Source of the DNA: an uncultured Acidobacteriota bacterium
Lineage (GTDB): Bacteria; Acidobacteriota; Thermoanaerobaculia; Multivoradales; SZUA-115
Length of the DNA stretch: 64,000 bases
Direction of reading: 5' to 3'
Assembly (NCBI GenBank): GCA_963805975.1
Contig: CAWDVR010000004.1
Location: forward strand, 64,001 to 128,000
This document shows, piece by piece, positions 44,017 to 54,267 of this stretch. A program made the position numbers and the translations under genes. Positions within the stretch are counted from its first letter, which is position 1; each line of letters opens with the position of its first letter. The notes under the pieces are model-generated. The model did not search any database, was not told where the DNA came from, and saw nothing but the letters and a program-made list of their open reading frames with translations.

Positions 44017-46292
44017 GAGCCTCGCGGTGGCGGGATCCACCACGCCGCGCCGGCAGCGAGCGCCAGCGCCGACAGGACCAGACCGAGCACGAAGGCCAGG
44101 GGCCGATAGATCAGCTCGAGCCGCTCGGCTCCGGCCGGCACCCGGGCCGCGATGAACGGCCCGTCCGTCTCCACCTGAGCCCGCCGCCGGCCGTCGACCA
44201 GCACCCGCCACCCGCCGTCCTGGTAGACACTGGTGAGGAGACGTCCGCCTTCGCTCGCCGGCGCCAGGGCGCCCGAGATCCGTGCCGCTTCCCAGCGCGT
44301 CAACGACAAGTCGGCGGTGGGCGTGCCGTCCGCCGTGGCGAGGTAGGCGATCGGCAGGGCGCGGGGCCGCTCCCAGAGATTGCCCGCGAGGTCGGCCAGG
44401 ATCGTGGTCAGGGGCGGCGGGGCCGCCTTGCCCGGCGCGGCGACCACGTAGCGGACTCCCAGGCGGTCGTAGAGCGGGTGGTCGAAGGCCGCCACCAGCG
44501 GCACCTCCCCGGACCAGCCGGCGAGCACCGGCGCCAGGAAACGGAGATATGCCGCCGGCGCGAACGGGCTGTAGACCCGGGCGTCGGCCAGGCCGTAGAC
44601 CGCCCCGAGGTTGGGCGTGAAGGCCAGGCCGTCGCCCGCGAAACGGCCGGTGCCGAGCCTCGCCGCCAGGAGCTCGATCGGCGGCGTCTCGGGAAAGTCG
44701 AGCCGCCGGGGAGCGGGCGGGTGGGCCGGGCGGGCGAGCAGCAGCAGCTCCGCCGCCACCAGCACGGAGAGTGCGTACGGCGCGAGCGGCGCGAGGCGCC
44801 GCCAGCCCAGGAACACCGCCGCCACCGCCAGGAAGCGGAGCTGCCAGTGGAGCCAGCCCGTGCGCAACGGCGCGAGCGCCTCCGGGTCCTGCGGATGGGG
44901 ATGGCCGAGGTAGGCCCAGGCGATGAGCGCGGCGAGCCCCACGGCCACGGCGGCGAGCACGACCGCGTCCCGTGCTCCCGGACGCCGCTCCGAGGCGGCC
45001 CGGCGGTCGAGCTCGCAGGCCGCGAGATAGACCAGGCAGAAGCCGAGCGGCAGCAGCAGGCGGTGGTGGTAGCCGGAGGCGCTGCCGCCCGGCAGGAGGG
45101 CCATGAGATCCACCACGCCCGGCGCCTGCGCCACTACGGCGAGCGCCACCGCGGCCGAGGCGAGGAAGGCGATCTCCTGGGGCCGCCGGCGCGCCGGGAG
45201 CAGGGCGCAGAGCGCCAGCAGCAGGGTGGCGGTGCCGGCGAAGCCGGAAGCGTCCTCGTTGACGTTGGCCGGGCCCCAGTAGGCGTTGTAGCGGTCGTTG
45301 CCGAAGACGTTGGGTGCCGCGAGCGGCAACAGGCGGAGCTCGGCCCGCTCGAGCGCCGAGCCGGCCACGGGCGGGGCCGGCGGCCCGGCCAGCCGCTCGG
45401 CGCGGAGCGTCTGCGGCAGGTAGGCCGCCGTCGGCAGGAGGGCCGGTGCCGCCAGGCCCGCCGCCAGGGCCAGGCTGCCCGCCGCCAGCGCGAGCGCCGG
45501 CCGCGCCGCCTTGCCGCCGGTTCGCAAGCGCGCCAGGAAGAAGACCGTCGCGAGAGCCAGGCTGTAGAGGATGGCCTCCAGGTGTCCGGCGAGGAGCAGC
45601 CCCGCGAGGCTCACGGCGAGCAGCAGGCTGTCGCGCCGGCCGCCAATGTCCATCACCCGGCAGAGGCCGTAGAGCACCGCCGGCAGCCAGGCGGCGGCGG
45701 TCGAGAGCGGCCAGCCCAGCCAGAAGAGGAGGAAGCTGCCCAGCCCCCACGCCAGAGCGCCGAACAGGGAGGCGCCCCGCCCCAGGCCCTGGCGGGAGAG
45801 AAAGAGGAAGGTGAAGACCAGCGCGAAGAGCACCTTGAGCGCCGCCGTCACCGCCGCCCCCTTGCCCACCGGGAAGGGCAGGGCGGCGAGCGCCAGCGGT
45901 TGCAGGGCGAGGGCCTGGGGATCGGCCAGGAGAGGCATGCCGGTCCCGGTTCGCGGAGACCAGAGCGGCCAGGTGCCGGCCGTCACGGCGCGCCGCACCT
46001 CCACTCCCGCCGGCGCCACGAGCTGCAGGAGGTCGCCCTCGAGCGGGTTGCCGTGCGGCTCGGTGGGCGTGAGAGCGCGGAACGGCGCTTCGCCGCGCAG
46101 GTTGTCGAGCGGCAGGAGGAGCGCGCCACCGAACAGGAAAGGGCCGAAGAGGATCGCCAGCACGACACCGAAAGCCGCGAGCTCGCGGGCTCCCGGCCGA
46201 TCGTAGAAACGGTGGAGAATCAGGACCAGGGCCGTGCCCAGCGCCAGAAACCACAGGCCGGGCAGGAGGTCCACCGCGCTCCAGGCTGACAC
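43986..46292 (-). CDS. YfhO-family polytopic membrane protein (GT-C glycosyltransferase-like)
   Basis: PLWSPRTGTGMPLLADPQ, LLAGHLE, many TM helices, LGVRYV and GWRVLVDG...VPAG. Confidence 0.85.
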   Translation of the reverse strand: MSAWSAVDLLPGLWFLALGTALVLILHRFYDRPGARELAAFGVVLAILFGPFLFGGALLLPLDNLRGEAPFRALTPTEPHGNPLEGDLLQLVAPAGVEVRRAVTAGTWPLWSPRTGTGMPLLADPQALALQPLALAALPFPVGKGAAVTAALKVLFALVFTFLFLSRQGLGRGASLFGALAWGLGSFLLFWLGWPLSTAAAWLPAVLYGLCRVMDIGGRRDSLLLAVSLAGLLLAGHLEAILYSLALATVFFLARLRTGGKAARPALALAAGSLALAAGLAAPALLPTAAYLPQTLRAERLAGPPAPPVAGSALERAELRLLPLAAPNVFGNDRYNAYWGPANVNEDASGFAGTATLLLALCALLPARRRPQEIAFLASAAVALAVVAQAPGVVDLMALLPGGSASGYHHRLLLPLGFCLVYLAACELDRRAASERRPGARDAVVLAAVAVGLAALIAWAYLGHPHPQDPEALAPLRTGWLHWQLRFLAVAAVFLGWRRLAPLAPYALSVLVAAELLLLARPAHPPAPRRLDFPETPPIELLAARLGTGRFAGDGLAFTPNLGAVYGLADARVYSPFAPAAYLRFLAPVLAGWSGEVPLVAAFDHPLYDRLGVRYVVAAPGKAAPPPLTTILADLAGNLWERPRALPIAYLATADGTPTADLSLTRWEAARISGALAPASEGGRLLTSVYQDGGWRVLVDGRRRAQVETDGPFIAARVPAGAERLELIYRPLAFVLGLVLSALALAAGAAWWIPPPRGSYSPSAADSA

Positions 46293-46335
46293 CGTGGAAG
46301 TGTAGCAGCAGCATAGCGGTCACTCTGCGAAGGCA

Positions 46336-46454
46336 GCCGGATGGATTCCCGCTTGCGCGGGAATGACGATCGGGGAGCGGTCACGCGGGCCCCTCGATCG
46401 TGATCCAACAGGCGAACTGGATGTCATTCCCGCGCAAGCGGGAATCCATCCGGC
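46336..46454. repeat. second inverted pair of the same REP-like palindrome
   Basis: TGGATTCCCGCTTGCGCGGGAATGAC at 46342-46367 and its exact complement at 46423-46448. The inverted repeat extends outward by GCCGGA. Confidence 0.88.
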
Positions 46455-46554
46455 CGCGCAGCGCGCCAAATTTCCCCTGGTTTGCACGGCAGTTAGCCTG
46501 ACCCCGTACCAGTAGCCGTGCGATCGGGGCCCGGTTCGATATCCTTGGCCCTCC

Positions 46555-47358
46555 ATGCTGGAAACTTTCCGCCGGGTCCTGCGCTACAGGAGCCTCCTTG
46601 CCACGCTCACGTTGCGCGAGCTCAAGGCGCGCTACCGTGGCTCGGCGCTCGGCTTCTTCTGGTCCCTGATCAACCCGCTGCTGCTCCTCGCCGTCTACAG
46701 CTTCGTCTTCGGGGTCGCCTTCCGGCCCGCCCACCGCGCGGGTACCGAGCCCTACGCCCTGTTCCTCGTCACCGGCCTCTTTCCCTGGATCTGGGTCGCC
46801 TCGTCGTGGAACGAGTCCGCGGTGTCGCTCGCGGCCAATGCCGGGCTGATCAAGAAAGCGGTCTTCCCGGCCGAGCTCCTGCCCCTGGTCTCGGTGCTCG
46901 CCAACGGCGCCCACTTCCTGCTCGCGCTGCCCATCCTGGGCGCGGCGCTCGTCGCCGGCCATGCCCTGGGCTACCCGGTGGGAGGCTGGGCGGCGCTCCT
47001 GCTGCCGCTGGTGGTGGGGCTCGAGCTGGTGCTCGTGGCCGGCGGCGCGCTGGCCTTCTCCGCCTTGAACGCCCATTTCAAGGACGTCAAGGACATCCTC
47101 GCCAACGTCCTCACCCTGCTCTTCTTCCTGACGCCGGTGCTCTACCCGCTGGAGGCCATCCCGTACCCGGCGCTGCGCCGCCTGGTGGCGGCCAACCCGG
47201 TGACGCCCTTCACGCTCTCCTACCAGCAGGCGCTCTTCGCGGGTGAAGTGCCGGAGCCCGGGCTGTGGCTCGCCATGGCGGGATGGGCGCTCGCCGCCTG
47301 GCTGGCCGGCAGCTTCCTCTTCGCCCGCCTGCGCGAGACGCTGGTGGAGGCCGTATGA
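46555..47358 (+). CDS. wzm: polysaccharide ABC exporter permease
   Basis: RELKARYRGSALGFFWSLINPL, LIKKAVFP, TPVLYP and NPVT. Confidence 0.92.
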   Translation: MLETFRRVLRYRSLLATLTLRELKARYRGSALGFFWSLINPLLLLAVYSFVFGVAFRPAHRAGTEPYALFLVTGLFPWIWVASSWNESAVSLAANAGLIKKAVFPAELLPLVSVLANGAHFLLALPILGAALVAGHALGYPVGGWAALLLPLVVGLELVLVAGGALAFSALNAHFKDVKDILANVLTLLFFLTPVLYPLEAIPYPALRRLVAANPVTPFTLSYQQALFAGEVPEPGLWLAMAGWALAAWLAGSFLFARLRETLVEAV

Positions 47359-47368
47359 AGGAGACTCG

Positions 47369-48631
47369 GTGAGCGAGGCGATCCGCGTCGAGGCGGTCTC
47401 CAAGCTCTTCCGGCGCGCCGCTCCGGGGGACCAGCTCCGCACCTTGAAGAGCGCGCTCCTCGAAGGCACGCTCACCCGCGGCCTGGCGCGCGAGGACGCG
47501 ATCGTGGCGCTCGACGACGTCTCCTTCACCGTCGGCCGCGGCGAGGCCTTCGGCATGATCGGCAGCAACGGCTCGGGCAAGTCCACCCTGCTCAAGGTGG
47601 TGGCCGGCATCCTCAAGCCGACCTCCGGCCGGGTGGTGGTCGACGGCACCGTGGCGGCGCTGATCGAGCTCGGCGCCGGCTTCCACCCCGAGATCTCGGG
47701 CCGCGAGAACGTCTACATCAACGGTGCCGTGCTCGGCCTCTCGCGGCGCGAGATCGACCGCCGCTTCGACCGCATCGTCGAGTTCTCGGGCCTGGCGGAC
47801 TTCATCGACGAGCCGGTCAAGAACTACTCCTCGGGGATGTACGTGCGGCTGGGCTTCGCGGTCGCCGTCCACACCGACCCGGACGTGCTGCTGGTCGACG
47901 AGGTGCTGGCGGTGGGCGACGAGGCCTTCGCCCACCGCTGTCTCGCCAAGGTCGAGGAGCTGGTGGCCTCCGGCCGCACCCTGCTCCTGGTGTCGCACTC
48001 GCTGGCCATGGTCGAGGAGCACTGCGACCGCGTGCTGTGGCTCGACCACGGCCGCTTCCGTGAGCTGGGCGAGCCCCGGCGGGTGATCGACGCCTATCGG
48101 CAGGCAGTGGCCGAGGCCGAGGGCGAGGTCCACCGGGCGGAGAAGGACCGCGCCGACTCGGGCGGCGGCGAAGGCTCCGCCGAGCGCTGGGGCTCGGGGG
48201 CGGCGACGCTCGAGGGCGTGCGCCTGCTGGTGGCCGGCGAGGAGCGCTACCATCTGGCGTCGGGCGAGCCGGTGACCTTCGAGCTCACCGTCCGGGCGGC
48301 CGAGCCGCTCGCCGACTTCGTGTTCGGTGTCGCGGTGACGACGCCGCGCGGCATTGATTGCTGGGGCACCAACACCGACCTCGCCGGTTGGGTGCCGGAG
48401 CGGCTGGCCGGGGAGGCGGTGGTTTCCCTCTCCTGCCCGGCGCTGCGCCTGGGGCCCGGCGAGTACCTGGTGGATGCCGCCGTGCACGCCCGGGACGGCG
48501 CGCCCTACGATTACCGGAAGGGCGTGCTGCGCTTCACCGTCACGGCGCGCGACCGCGGGGTGGGCGTCTACTTCCCCGAGCACCGCTGGCAGGGGGCCGG
48601 CGGGCTGAGCTTTCGGCATGGAGTAGAGTAA
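47369..48631 (+). CDS. wzt: polysaccharide ABC exporter ATPase with Wzt C-terminal domain
   Basis: GSNGSGKST, ELGAGFHPEISGREN, YSSGMYVRLGF and LVDEVLAVGD, then an RWGSG-led C-terminal domain. SD AAGGAG before the GTG. Confidence 0.92.
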   Translation: MSEAIRVEAVSKLFRRAAPGDQLRTLKSALLEGTLTRGLAREDAIVALDDVSFTVGRGEAFGMIGSNGSGKSTLLKVVAGILKPTSGRVVVDGTVAALIELGAGFHPEISGRENVYINGAVLGLSRREIDRRFDRIVEFSGLADFIDEPVKNYSSGMYVRLGFAVAVHTDPDVLLVDEVLAVGDEAFAHRCLAKVEELVASGRTLLLVSHSLAMVEEHCDRVLWLDHGRFRELGEPRRVIDAYRQAVAEAEGEVHRAEKDRADSGGGEGSAERWGSGAATLEGVRLLVAGEERYHLASGEPVTFELTVRAAEPLADFVFGVAVTTPRGIDCWGTNTDLAGWVPERLAGEAVVSLSCPALRLGPGEYLVDAAVHARDGAPYDYRKGVLRFTVTARDRGVGVYFPEHRWQGAGGLSFRHGVE

Positions 48632-48706
48632 CGCTCGCTCACCCGCGGAAAGTATCTCCACCCTGGCCCGTTCGATAGCGTGGCCGGAACCTGGACCGGA
48701 TGGAGG

Positions 48707-49381
48707 ATGCCGTTGGCCCGATCCACGCGCCAGGGGTCCATCGTCTCGCTGGCGCTTTTCCTGGGGGCCTTTGTCCTCGGGGCGTTGGGCTTGGCCGTGT
48801 CCGGCTGCCGCCAGGGCCTGTCGCCGCAGCTCGCGGCGAGCGCCCGGGTGTGGTTCGAGGGGCCGGCGCGCTGGTTGATGCTGCCCGAGGAGGAGCGCGA
48901 GGCGCGCGGGCTCTCCGACAACCGCCAGGCGCTGGACTTCATCGAGCGCTTCTGGCGCTCGCGCGACCCCACGCCGGAAGACCCGGAGAACCCGGTGCGC
49001 ACCGCTTTCTTCGAACGCGCGATCGCCGCCGACCGGGTGTACGGCGAGGGCAACCGGCGCGGCAGCCTGACCGACCGCGGGCGGGTGCTGATCCTCTTCG
49101 GCTCGCCCTCGACGCTGCGCTACCGGCAGGAAGCGGTGCCGGCGCTGGCACCCGACCGGGAGCGCCGGACGACCGAGGCCGTCACTCGCTGGATGGCGGA
49201 GGAGACCTGGGTGTTCGAGCCCGAGAGCCTGCCGCTCGGCTTCTCGGAGCTCCTGCCCGAGGACGAGCGCAGCCGGGAGATCGAATTCGTCTTCGGCACC
49301 TCCGACCAGCACACCTATCTGATGGCGGGCGAGCGCTACTGCGAGCTGGCGCGGCGGGCGGCGGTGCGCCCCGTGGAGTGA
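48707..49381 (+). CDS. GWxTD-domain lipoprotein (motif reads GSLTDRG)
   Basis: FIERFWRSRDPTP...NP...F.ERA..AD...GSLTDRGRVLILFGSP, with a lipobox-like AVSGC. Confidence 0.82.
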   Translation: MPLARSTRQGSIVSLALFLGAFVLGALGLAVSGCRQGLSPQLAASARVWFEGPARWLMLPEEEREARGLSDNRQALDFIERFWRSRDPTPEDPENPVRTAFFERAIAADRVYGEGNRRGSLTDRGRVLILFGSPSTLRYRQEAVPALAPDRERRTTEAVTRWMAEETWVFEPESLPLGFSELLPEDERSREIEFVFGTSDQHTYLMAGERYCELARRAAVRPVE

Positions 49382-49785
49382 CCCTTGGCGAGCGCCAGCA
49401 TCCGCTTGCGGATCTCCGGCGGCACCGGCATCGCGGAGAGGCGCGAGATGCGCAGCAGGTCGAAGCCGGCGAAGGCGGGGTCGGCCTTCATCTGCGCCAG
49501 GGTCACCGGCTGCGCGAGCTTCTCCGTCGGCGCGATGTCGAAGACCACCCGCTTCGGATCGCCCGCCTCGAGGTCCGGATAGGGGTCGGAGGTCACCACG
49601 GCGAGCCCGACCGCCGCGCGCTCGTCGCCGGTGTGGTAGACGAAGGCGCGGTCGCCCTTCTTCACCTTGCGCATGTGGATCAGGGCGGTGTTGTTGGCGA
49701 CGCCGTCCCAGCGCGTGCCGCCGTCCCGGACGAGATCGTCCCACGAATAGTCCGAAGGCTCGGTCTTGAGCAGCCAGGTCTTCAT
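49336..49785 (-). CDS. EVE domain protein
   Basis: WLLKTEPSDYSWDDL, WDGVAN, GDRAFVYHTG and ISRLSAMPV. Confidence 0.92.
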   Translation of the reverse strand: MKTWLLKTEPSDYSWDDLVRDGGTRWDGVANNTALIHMRKVKKGDRAFVYHTGDERAAVGLAVVTSDPYPDLEAGDPKRVVFDIAPTEKLAQPVTLAQMKADPAFAGFDLLRISRLSAMPVPPEIRKRMLALAKGHSTGRTAARRASSQ

Positions 49786-49826
49786 GGCGCCATCCTATCT
49801 TCGAGGCTTGCGCTACGATTCGCGCC

Positions 49827-50540
49827 ATGCCGACAGCGCGCCGCATCCTCCTGGTCAGCAACTCGACCTGCCACGGGCAGGGCTACCTCGATCACTGCGA
49901 GCCGCAGGTCCGCGCCCTCCTCGCCGGCCTCTCGCGGGTGCTCTTCGTGCCCTATGCGCTCTATGACCACGACGCCTACGCCGAGAAGGTTCGCGAGCGC
50001 CTGGGGAGAATGGGCCTCGGCTGCGACTCGATCCACGAGGCACCCGACCCGCGGCGTGCGGTGGCCGAGGCCGAGGCGGTGTTCATCGGTGGCGGCAACA
50101 CCTTCCGCCTGCTGGCGCGGCTCTACGAGCACGAGCTCGTGACGGCGATCCGCGGCCGGGTGAGCGCCGGCATGCCGTACCTGGGGAGCAGCGCCGGCTC
50201 GAACGTCGCCTGCGTCTCGATCAGGACCACCAACGACATGCCGATCGTCGAGCCGCCGTCGTTCGCGGCGCTCGGCCTGGTGCCCTTCAACCTGAACCCG
50301 CACTACCTCGACCCCGACCCCGCCTCCCGGCACATGGGGGAGACCCGCGAGGAGCGCCTCGCCCAGTTCCACGAAGAGAACGACCCACCCGTGATCGGCC
50401 TGCGCGAGGGGGCGATGCTGGTGATCGAAGGCGAGCGCATGACCCTCGAGGGCGAGACCGGAGCGCGCCTTTTCCTCAAGGGAGAGCCGGCGCGGGAGCA
50501 CACGCGGGGCGCGAAGCTCGACTGGCTGCTGTCCGGCTGA
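49827..50540 (+). CDS. pepE: dipeptidase E (peptidase S51)
   Basis: LFVPYA, FIGGGNTFRLL, GSSAG, TTNDMPI, NPHY and HMGETREER. Confidence 0.93.
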   Translation: MPTARRILLVSNSTCHGQGYLDHCEPQVRALLAGLSRVLFVPYALYDHDAYAEKVRERLGRMGLGCDSIHEAPDPRRAVAEAEAVFIGGGNTFRLLARLYEHELVTAIRGRVSAGMPYLGSSAGSNVACVSIRTTNDMPIVEPPSFAALGLVPFNLNPHYLDPDPASRHMGETREERLAQFHEENDPPVIGLREGAMLVIEGERMTLEGETGARLFLKGEPAREHTRGAKLDWLLSG

Positions 50541-50546
50541 GGCGCA

Positions 50547-51507
50547 CTACCAACTGCTCGAAGCCCCGCCGCCGCCAAAGCTCCCGCCGCCGCCCGAAAA
50601 GCCCCCGCCTCCCCCTCCTCCGAAGCCGCCAGCCGCCCCATCCACCACCTCCCCAGCCGCCGCCCGAGGACCACCACGAGCCGCCGGACGACCGGCGGTT
50701 CCGCGGGCGCTCCAGGAAGCGCTTGCCGGCCGCTGTGTTGCGGAACAGGTAGCGCGCGACGGGGAAGCCGACGAGCCACAGCAACGCTCCGGCGATACCG
50801 CCGGCCGGGCCGAGAAAGGTGTAGGGGATGCCGGCCCAGAAGGGGGTGAGGAACAGGTAGAGGAACCAGCCACCGAAGCCGGGGCTGGTCAGGGCACCAC
50901 CGGAGAAGAGCGCCAGCGGCAGGCCGAAGACCACGGCGAGGAGCAGGGCGCCGGGGATCGCCGGCAGGCTCGTGGGACCGCCGCTCTCGGAGGGTGGCGG
51001 CAGCGTGCCCTTGCCCTCGATCGTCGAGGCGATCACCGCGACGCCCTCCTCGATGCCGGCGCTGAAGTCCCCGCTCCGGAAGCGCGGCTTGATCACCTCC
51101 TCCAGGATGCGGCGGGCGAGCGCGTCGGGGAGCACCTCCTCGAGCCCGTAGCCCACCTCGAGACGCAGCTTGCGATCGTCCCTCGCCACGAAGAGGAGGG
51201 CGCCGTCGTCGAACTTCCCGCGGCCGAGCTTCCAGGTCTCGGCGACCCGAATGGTGTAGTCCTCGAGCGGCTCGCCTTCGAGGCTGGGCACGGTGAGCAC
51301 CGCCACCTGCGCTCCGCGCGTCCGCTCGAGCTCGCCGAGGAGCGACTCGATCCGCGCCTCGGCGTCCGGCGCCAGGATCTCGGCCTGATCGTTGACCCGG
51401 CCGGTGAGGTAGGGCACCTCGAGAGCCGCGGCGGCGAGCGCCAGAGCAGTGAGCGCCAGCGTGGTGAGCACGAGCGCGGCGAACCCCGCCACCCTCCGGC
51501 TAGACAT
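50547..51507 (-). CDS. TPM-domain (YgcG-like) protein with Gly-rich tail; frameshift near 50620
   Basis: RVNDQAEIL, QVAVLTVPSL and RLEVGYGLE. The canonical tail GFSGGGGSFGGGGASSSW is in the shifted frame ending at 50547. Confidence 0.88.
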
Positions 51508-52168
51508 CGCGCAGCCTTGGCTCGTTCGCCAGCTCGTCGCGGTCGTCGTCGCGTCTCCCCACTCCGCGTTCCTCGAGCAGCCGTCCGCAACGGCCGATGG
51601 CCTCGATCAGGGCCTCGGCCTGCCTGCCATGCCGGATACCGGCGGCGAGGTCATCGGCGATCGACCGCCACTCGGCACCCGGTACCTTGGCCCTGATCCC
51701 GGAGTCCGCCAGCACCAGCACCCGGTGCTCGAAGGCGGCCAGAAAGAGCAGCACGCCGGTGCGGTCGCGGGTGGCGAAGACCTCCTCTTCGAGAAATGCC
51801 TCGGCCGCCCGTTGCCCCACCCGGCGGTCGAGCACCGCCTCGTCGGTGAGCCAGCGCTGGAGCGTCGGCAGGAGCGCGGTCAGCGCATAGGCCGCCACGG
51901 CCGCGGCCACTACTGGCAGGCCGATCCAGAGGAGGCCGGAGCCTCCCCAGCGCTCCCCCGCCTGGTGGAGGAGGCTGGCCGCCAGGGCTGCCAGCACCGC
52001 CGCCCCGCCGGCGGCGCGGAAGCGGGCATCAGTATAGGGGTCGCAGCGGCCCACCACGTAGACCATGAGCTCGCCGCCGGTGCGCGCCTCGGCGGCCGCG
52101 GCCGCGGCGCGGATCGCCGCGAGGTCCGAGGGTGAGAACAGGCGCGAGACAGGGCCCGAGGACGTCAA
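51500..52168 (-). CDS. TPM-domain membrane protein
   Basis: AAEARTGGEL, TRDRTGVLLF, VLADSGI and DELANEP. It is the middle gene of the LemA-TPM-TPM operon, with a putative TTG start. Confidence 0.85.
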   Translation of the reverse strand: MTSSGPVSRLFSPSDLAAIRAAAAAAEARTGGELMVYVVGRCDPYTDARFRAAGGAAVLAALAASLLHQAGERWGGSGLLWIGLPVVAAAVAAYALTALLPTLQRWLTDEAVLDRRVGQRAAEAFLEEEVFATRDRTGVLLFLAAFEHRVLVLADSGIRAKVPGAEWRSIADDLAAGIRHGRQAEALIEAIGRCGRLLEERGVGRRDDDRDELANEPRLRDV

Positions 52169-52172
52169 GGCC

Positions 52173-52760
52173 CTAGAACTGCACCTTCGGCGGTTCGTCG
52201 GCGCCCGGCTTCGACTGGAAGTACGGCCGCTCGGCAAAGCCCATCAGGTTGGCAAGGAGCACCACCGGGAAGCGCCGGCGGGCGGTGTTGAGCTCCTGGG
52301 CCGCTTCGTTGAACTTCCTGCGCTCCTGGGCGATGCGGTTCTCCGTTCCCTCGAGCTGTACCTGGAGGTCGCGGAAACCCTCGGTGGCCTTGAGCTGGGG
52401 GTAGGCTTCCACCACCGCCATCAGGCGTGAGAGCGCGGAGGACAGGCCGTCCTGCGCCGCCTGGAAGCGGGCGAACTCTTCGGCCTGAGGCACGCCCGAG
52501 AACCGGACCTGGCCGACCTTGGCCCGAGCCTCGGTCACCGCCTCGAGCGTGCCACGCTCGAAATTGGCGGCGCCCTTCACTGTCTCGACCAGGTTGGGAA
52601 CGAGGTCGGCCCGACGCTGATAGACGTTCTCGACCTGGGCCCACGCCTGCTTGACGTTCTCGTCCAGTCCCACCAGACGGTTGTAGCCGCCGACGGCCCA
52701 CAGTCCCAACACCAGCAGCGCGGCGACCGCGGCGATACCGCAGCCCAGTTTTTTGCTCAT
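52173..52760 (-). CDS. lemA: LemA family protein
   Basis: YNRLV, WAQVENVYQRRADLVPNLV, EAYPQLKA and QLEGTENRI. Confidence 0.94.
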   Translation of the reverse strand: MSKKLGCGIAAVAALLVLGLWAVGGYNRLVGLDENVKQAWAQVENVYQRRADLVPNLVETVKGAANFERGTLEAVTEARAKVGQVRFSGVPQAEEFARFQAAQDGLSSALSRLMAVVEAYPQLKATEGFRDLQVQLEGTENRIAQERRKFNEAAQELNTARRRFPVVLLANLMGFAERPYFQSKPGADEPPKVQF

Positions 52761-52919
52761 TGCCAGACCCTCGTCAGGAAGGGAGTCGTTTGCCCGCGTC
52801 AGCGCTCCGAGACCAGCGCCAGTATAGCGCCCGCTCCGGGAGCCTCCGGAACAGCGACGGTACGCGCAGAGGCGGAAGGGTATTCGCCGTGGGCGCCGCG
52901 CACCAAAGCGCTGTGCACC

Positions 52920-52950
52920 AAAAGCAAAGGGCCCGGCAATGCCGGGCCCT
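52920..52950 (-). terminator. intrinsic terminator of tandem copy 1
   Basis: AGGGCCCGGC-AAT-GCCGGGCCCT hairpin with TTGCTTTT on the minus strand. Confidence 0.75.
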
Positions 52951-52992
52951 CGGGTGGAGCTCTGGCCGCCAAATCGGCGGCGTGCCGGGAGG

Positions 52993-54267
52993 CTAAGGCA
53001 GGAGCTCGTCGGAAGCCGTGGCCGGGTCGGTGACGTTGCCCATCGAGAAGGCATCGAAGCCGACGCTGAAGCGGCCGTTGGCCGACATGAGCGCGGTGAC
53101 CCAGTTCTGCATCAGGGGCTCGAACGGCACCTGGCTACCGGCCACCGCGCTGTTCAGGTTGAGGTAGAGCCAGCCGAAGTCGAACGGCACCGGGAAATCA
53201 TCGCCACCCACGGCGGTCCGGTTCGCTTCCCAGGGGAAGGGGATCAGCGAGGTGCCGGGGATCACCGGCGAGAAGGGGCTGGACTCCGGGATGTCCGGGT
53301 TCTCGTGCTCGTCGAAGATCACGATCTGGCTCTGGCCGAGCGGGAACGGAGCCGGGAAGTCGAGCGCGCAGGAGAAGGGAGGGATGGTCCGCTTCGAGTC
53401 GCGCCACACCACCAGATCGGTGCCGCCCGAGAAGGCGCCGCCGTTGACGAAGCGCACGAAGAAGATGTTGTCCAGACCCTCGCGGGCGTCCGTGCCGCCA
53501 CTGAACTTGCGGTAGAAGGTGTAGTTGGCCGCGCCGAGGTTGACCGGATCGGCCTCGATGTGGACCATGGTCTCGCCCTGGGCGAAGTTGTTGGCGGAGT
53601 CGACGTAGAAGTAGTCGCCAAGAAGCACGTTCTGGAACGTGGCGGTGGAGCCGAAGTAGCCCGGATCGCCGGGGAAGTCGAGGCTGCAGGCGTTGACGGT
53701 GTCGACCGTGATGTAGCCGCGGGCGATGTTGTCGCCGTGGTCGATGGCCGAGCACAGGCCGCCGAAGACGACCGGCGACGGGCCACCGGTGTGGGCGGCG
53801 CGGATGTGCGCGAGGAGCACCGGCGGCAGGTTGGGCAGCGGCAGCTGGCCGTTGCAGCTCGCGAAGTTGATGTCCTGCGAGAAGATGCCCTGGTTACTGA
53901 TGCCGTCGTTGGGGTCCGCGGTGTCGCCCGGGTCCTGGCCGTCGGAGGCGGTCACCGGCGGGATCCCGTTGAACAGGTCGCGCAGGTTGATCGTCTGCAC
54001 GTCATACCCGGTGAGGTAGACGTTGAAGTCCAGGGTCGGCACCGAAAGGTCGGTCCACAGCGTGACGTGCGCCAGCACCGCGGTGGCCGAGGAGTTGTTG
54101 ATCGAGAACAGCGTGGTGATGCCGTCGTCGGCGTCCAGGTCGACCTCGAAGTAGGGCAGCAGCAGCGTCGCGGCGGGCACGTTGTCGATCGTGCCGATGT
54201 CCGCGCGAGCCACTCCGGGGGCGAGGACCAGGCCCAGGAAGAGCAGCAAGGCAAGAGCTCGTTTCAT
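52993..54267 (-). CDS. secreted ~424-aa hypothetical protein, tandem copy 1 (surface/structural protein candidate)
   Basis: Signal peptide MKRALALLLFLGLVLAPGVARA, mature start DIGTIDNVPAATLLLPYFEVD, very strong codon bias and SD GGAG. Confidence 0.85.
   Translation of the reverse strand: MKRALALLLFLGLVLAPGVARADIGTIDNVPAATLLLPYFEVDLDADDGITTLFSINNSSATAVLAHVTLWTDLSVPTLDFNVYLTGYDVQTINLRDLFNGIPPVTASDGQDPGDTADPNDGISNQGIFSQDINFASCNGQLPLPNLPPVLLAHIRAAHTGGPSPVVFGGLCSAIDHGDNIARGYITVDTVNACSLDFPGDPGYFGSTATFQNVLLGDYFYVDSANNFAQGETMVHIEADPVNLGAANYTFYRKFSGGTDAREGLDNIFFVRFVNGGAFSGGTDLVVWRDSKRTIPPFSCALDFPAPFPLGQSQIVIFDEHENPDIPESSPFSPVIPGTSLIPFPWEANRTAVGGDDFPVPFDFGWLYLNLNSAVAGSQVPFEPLMQNWVTALMSANGRFSVGFDAFSMGNVTDPATASDELLP

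Noticed and set aside
43354-46454. Palindromic repeats as a CRISPR array
   Set aside because: There are only two inverted pairs 3 kb apart, with no direct repeat-spacer periodicity and no cas genes.
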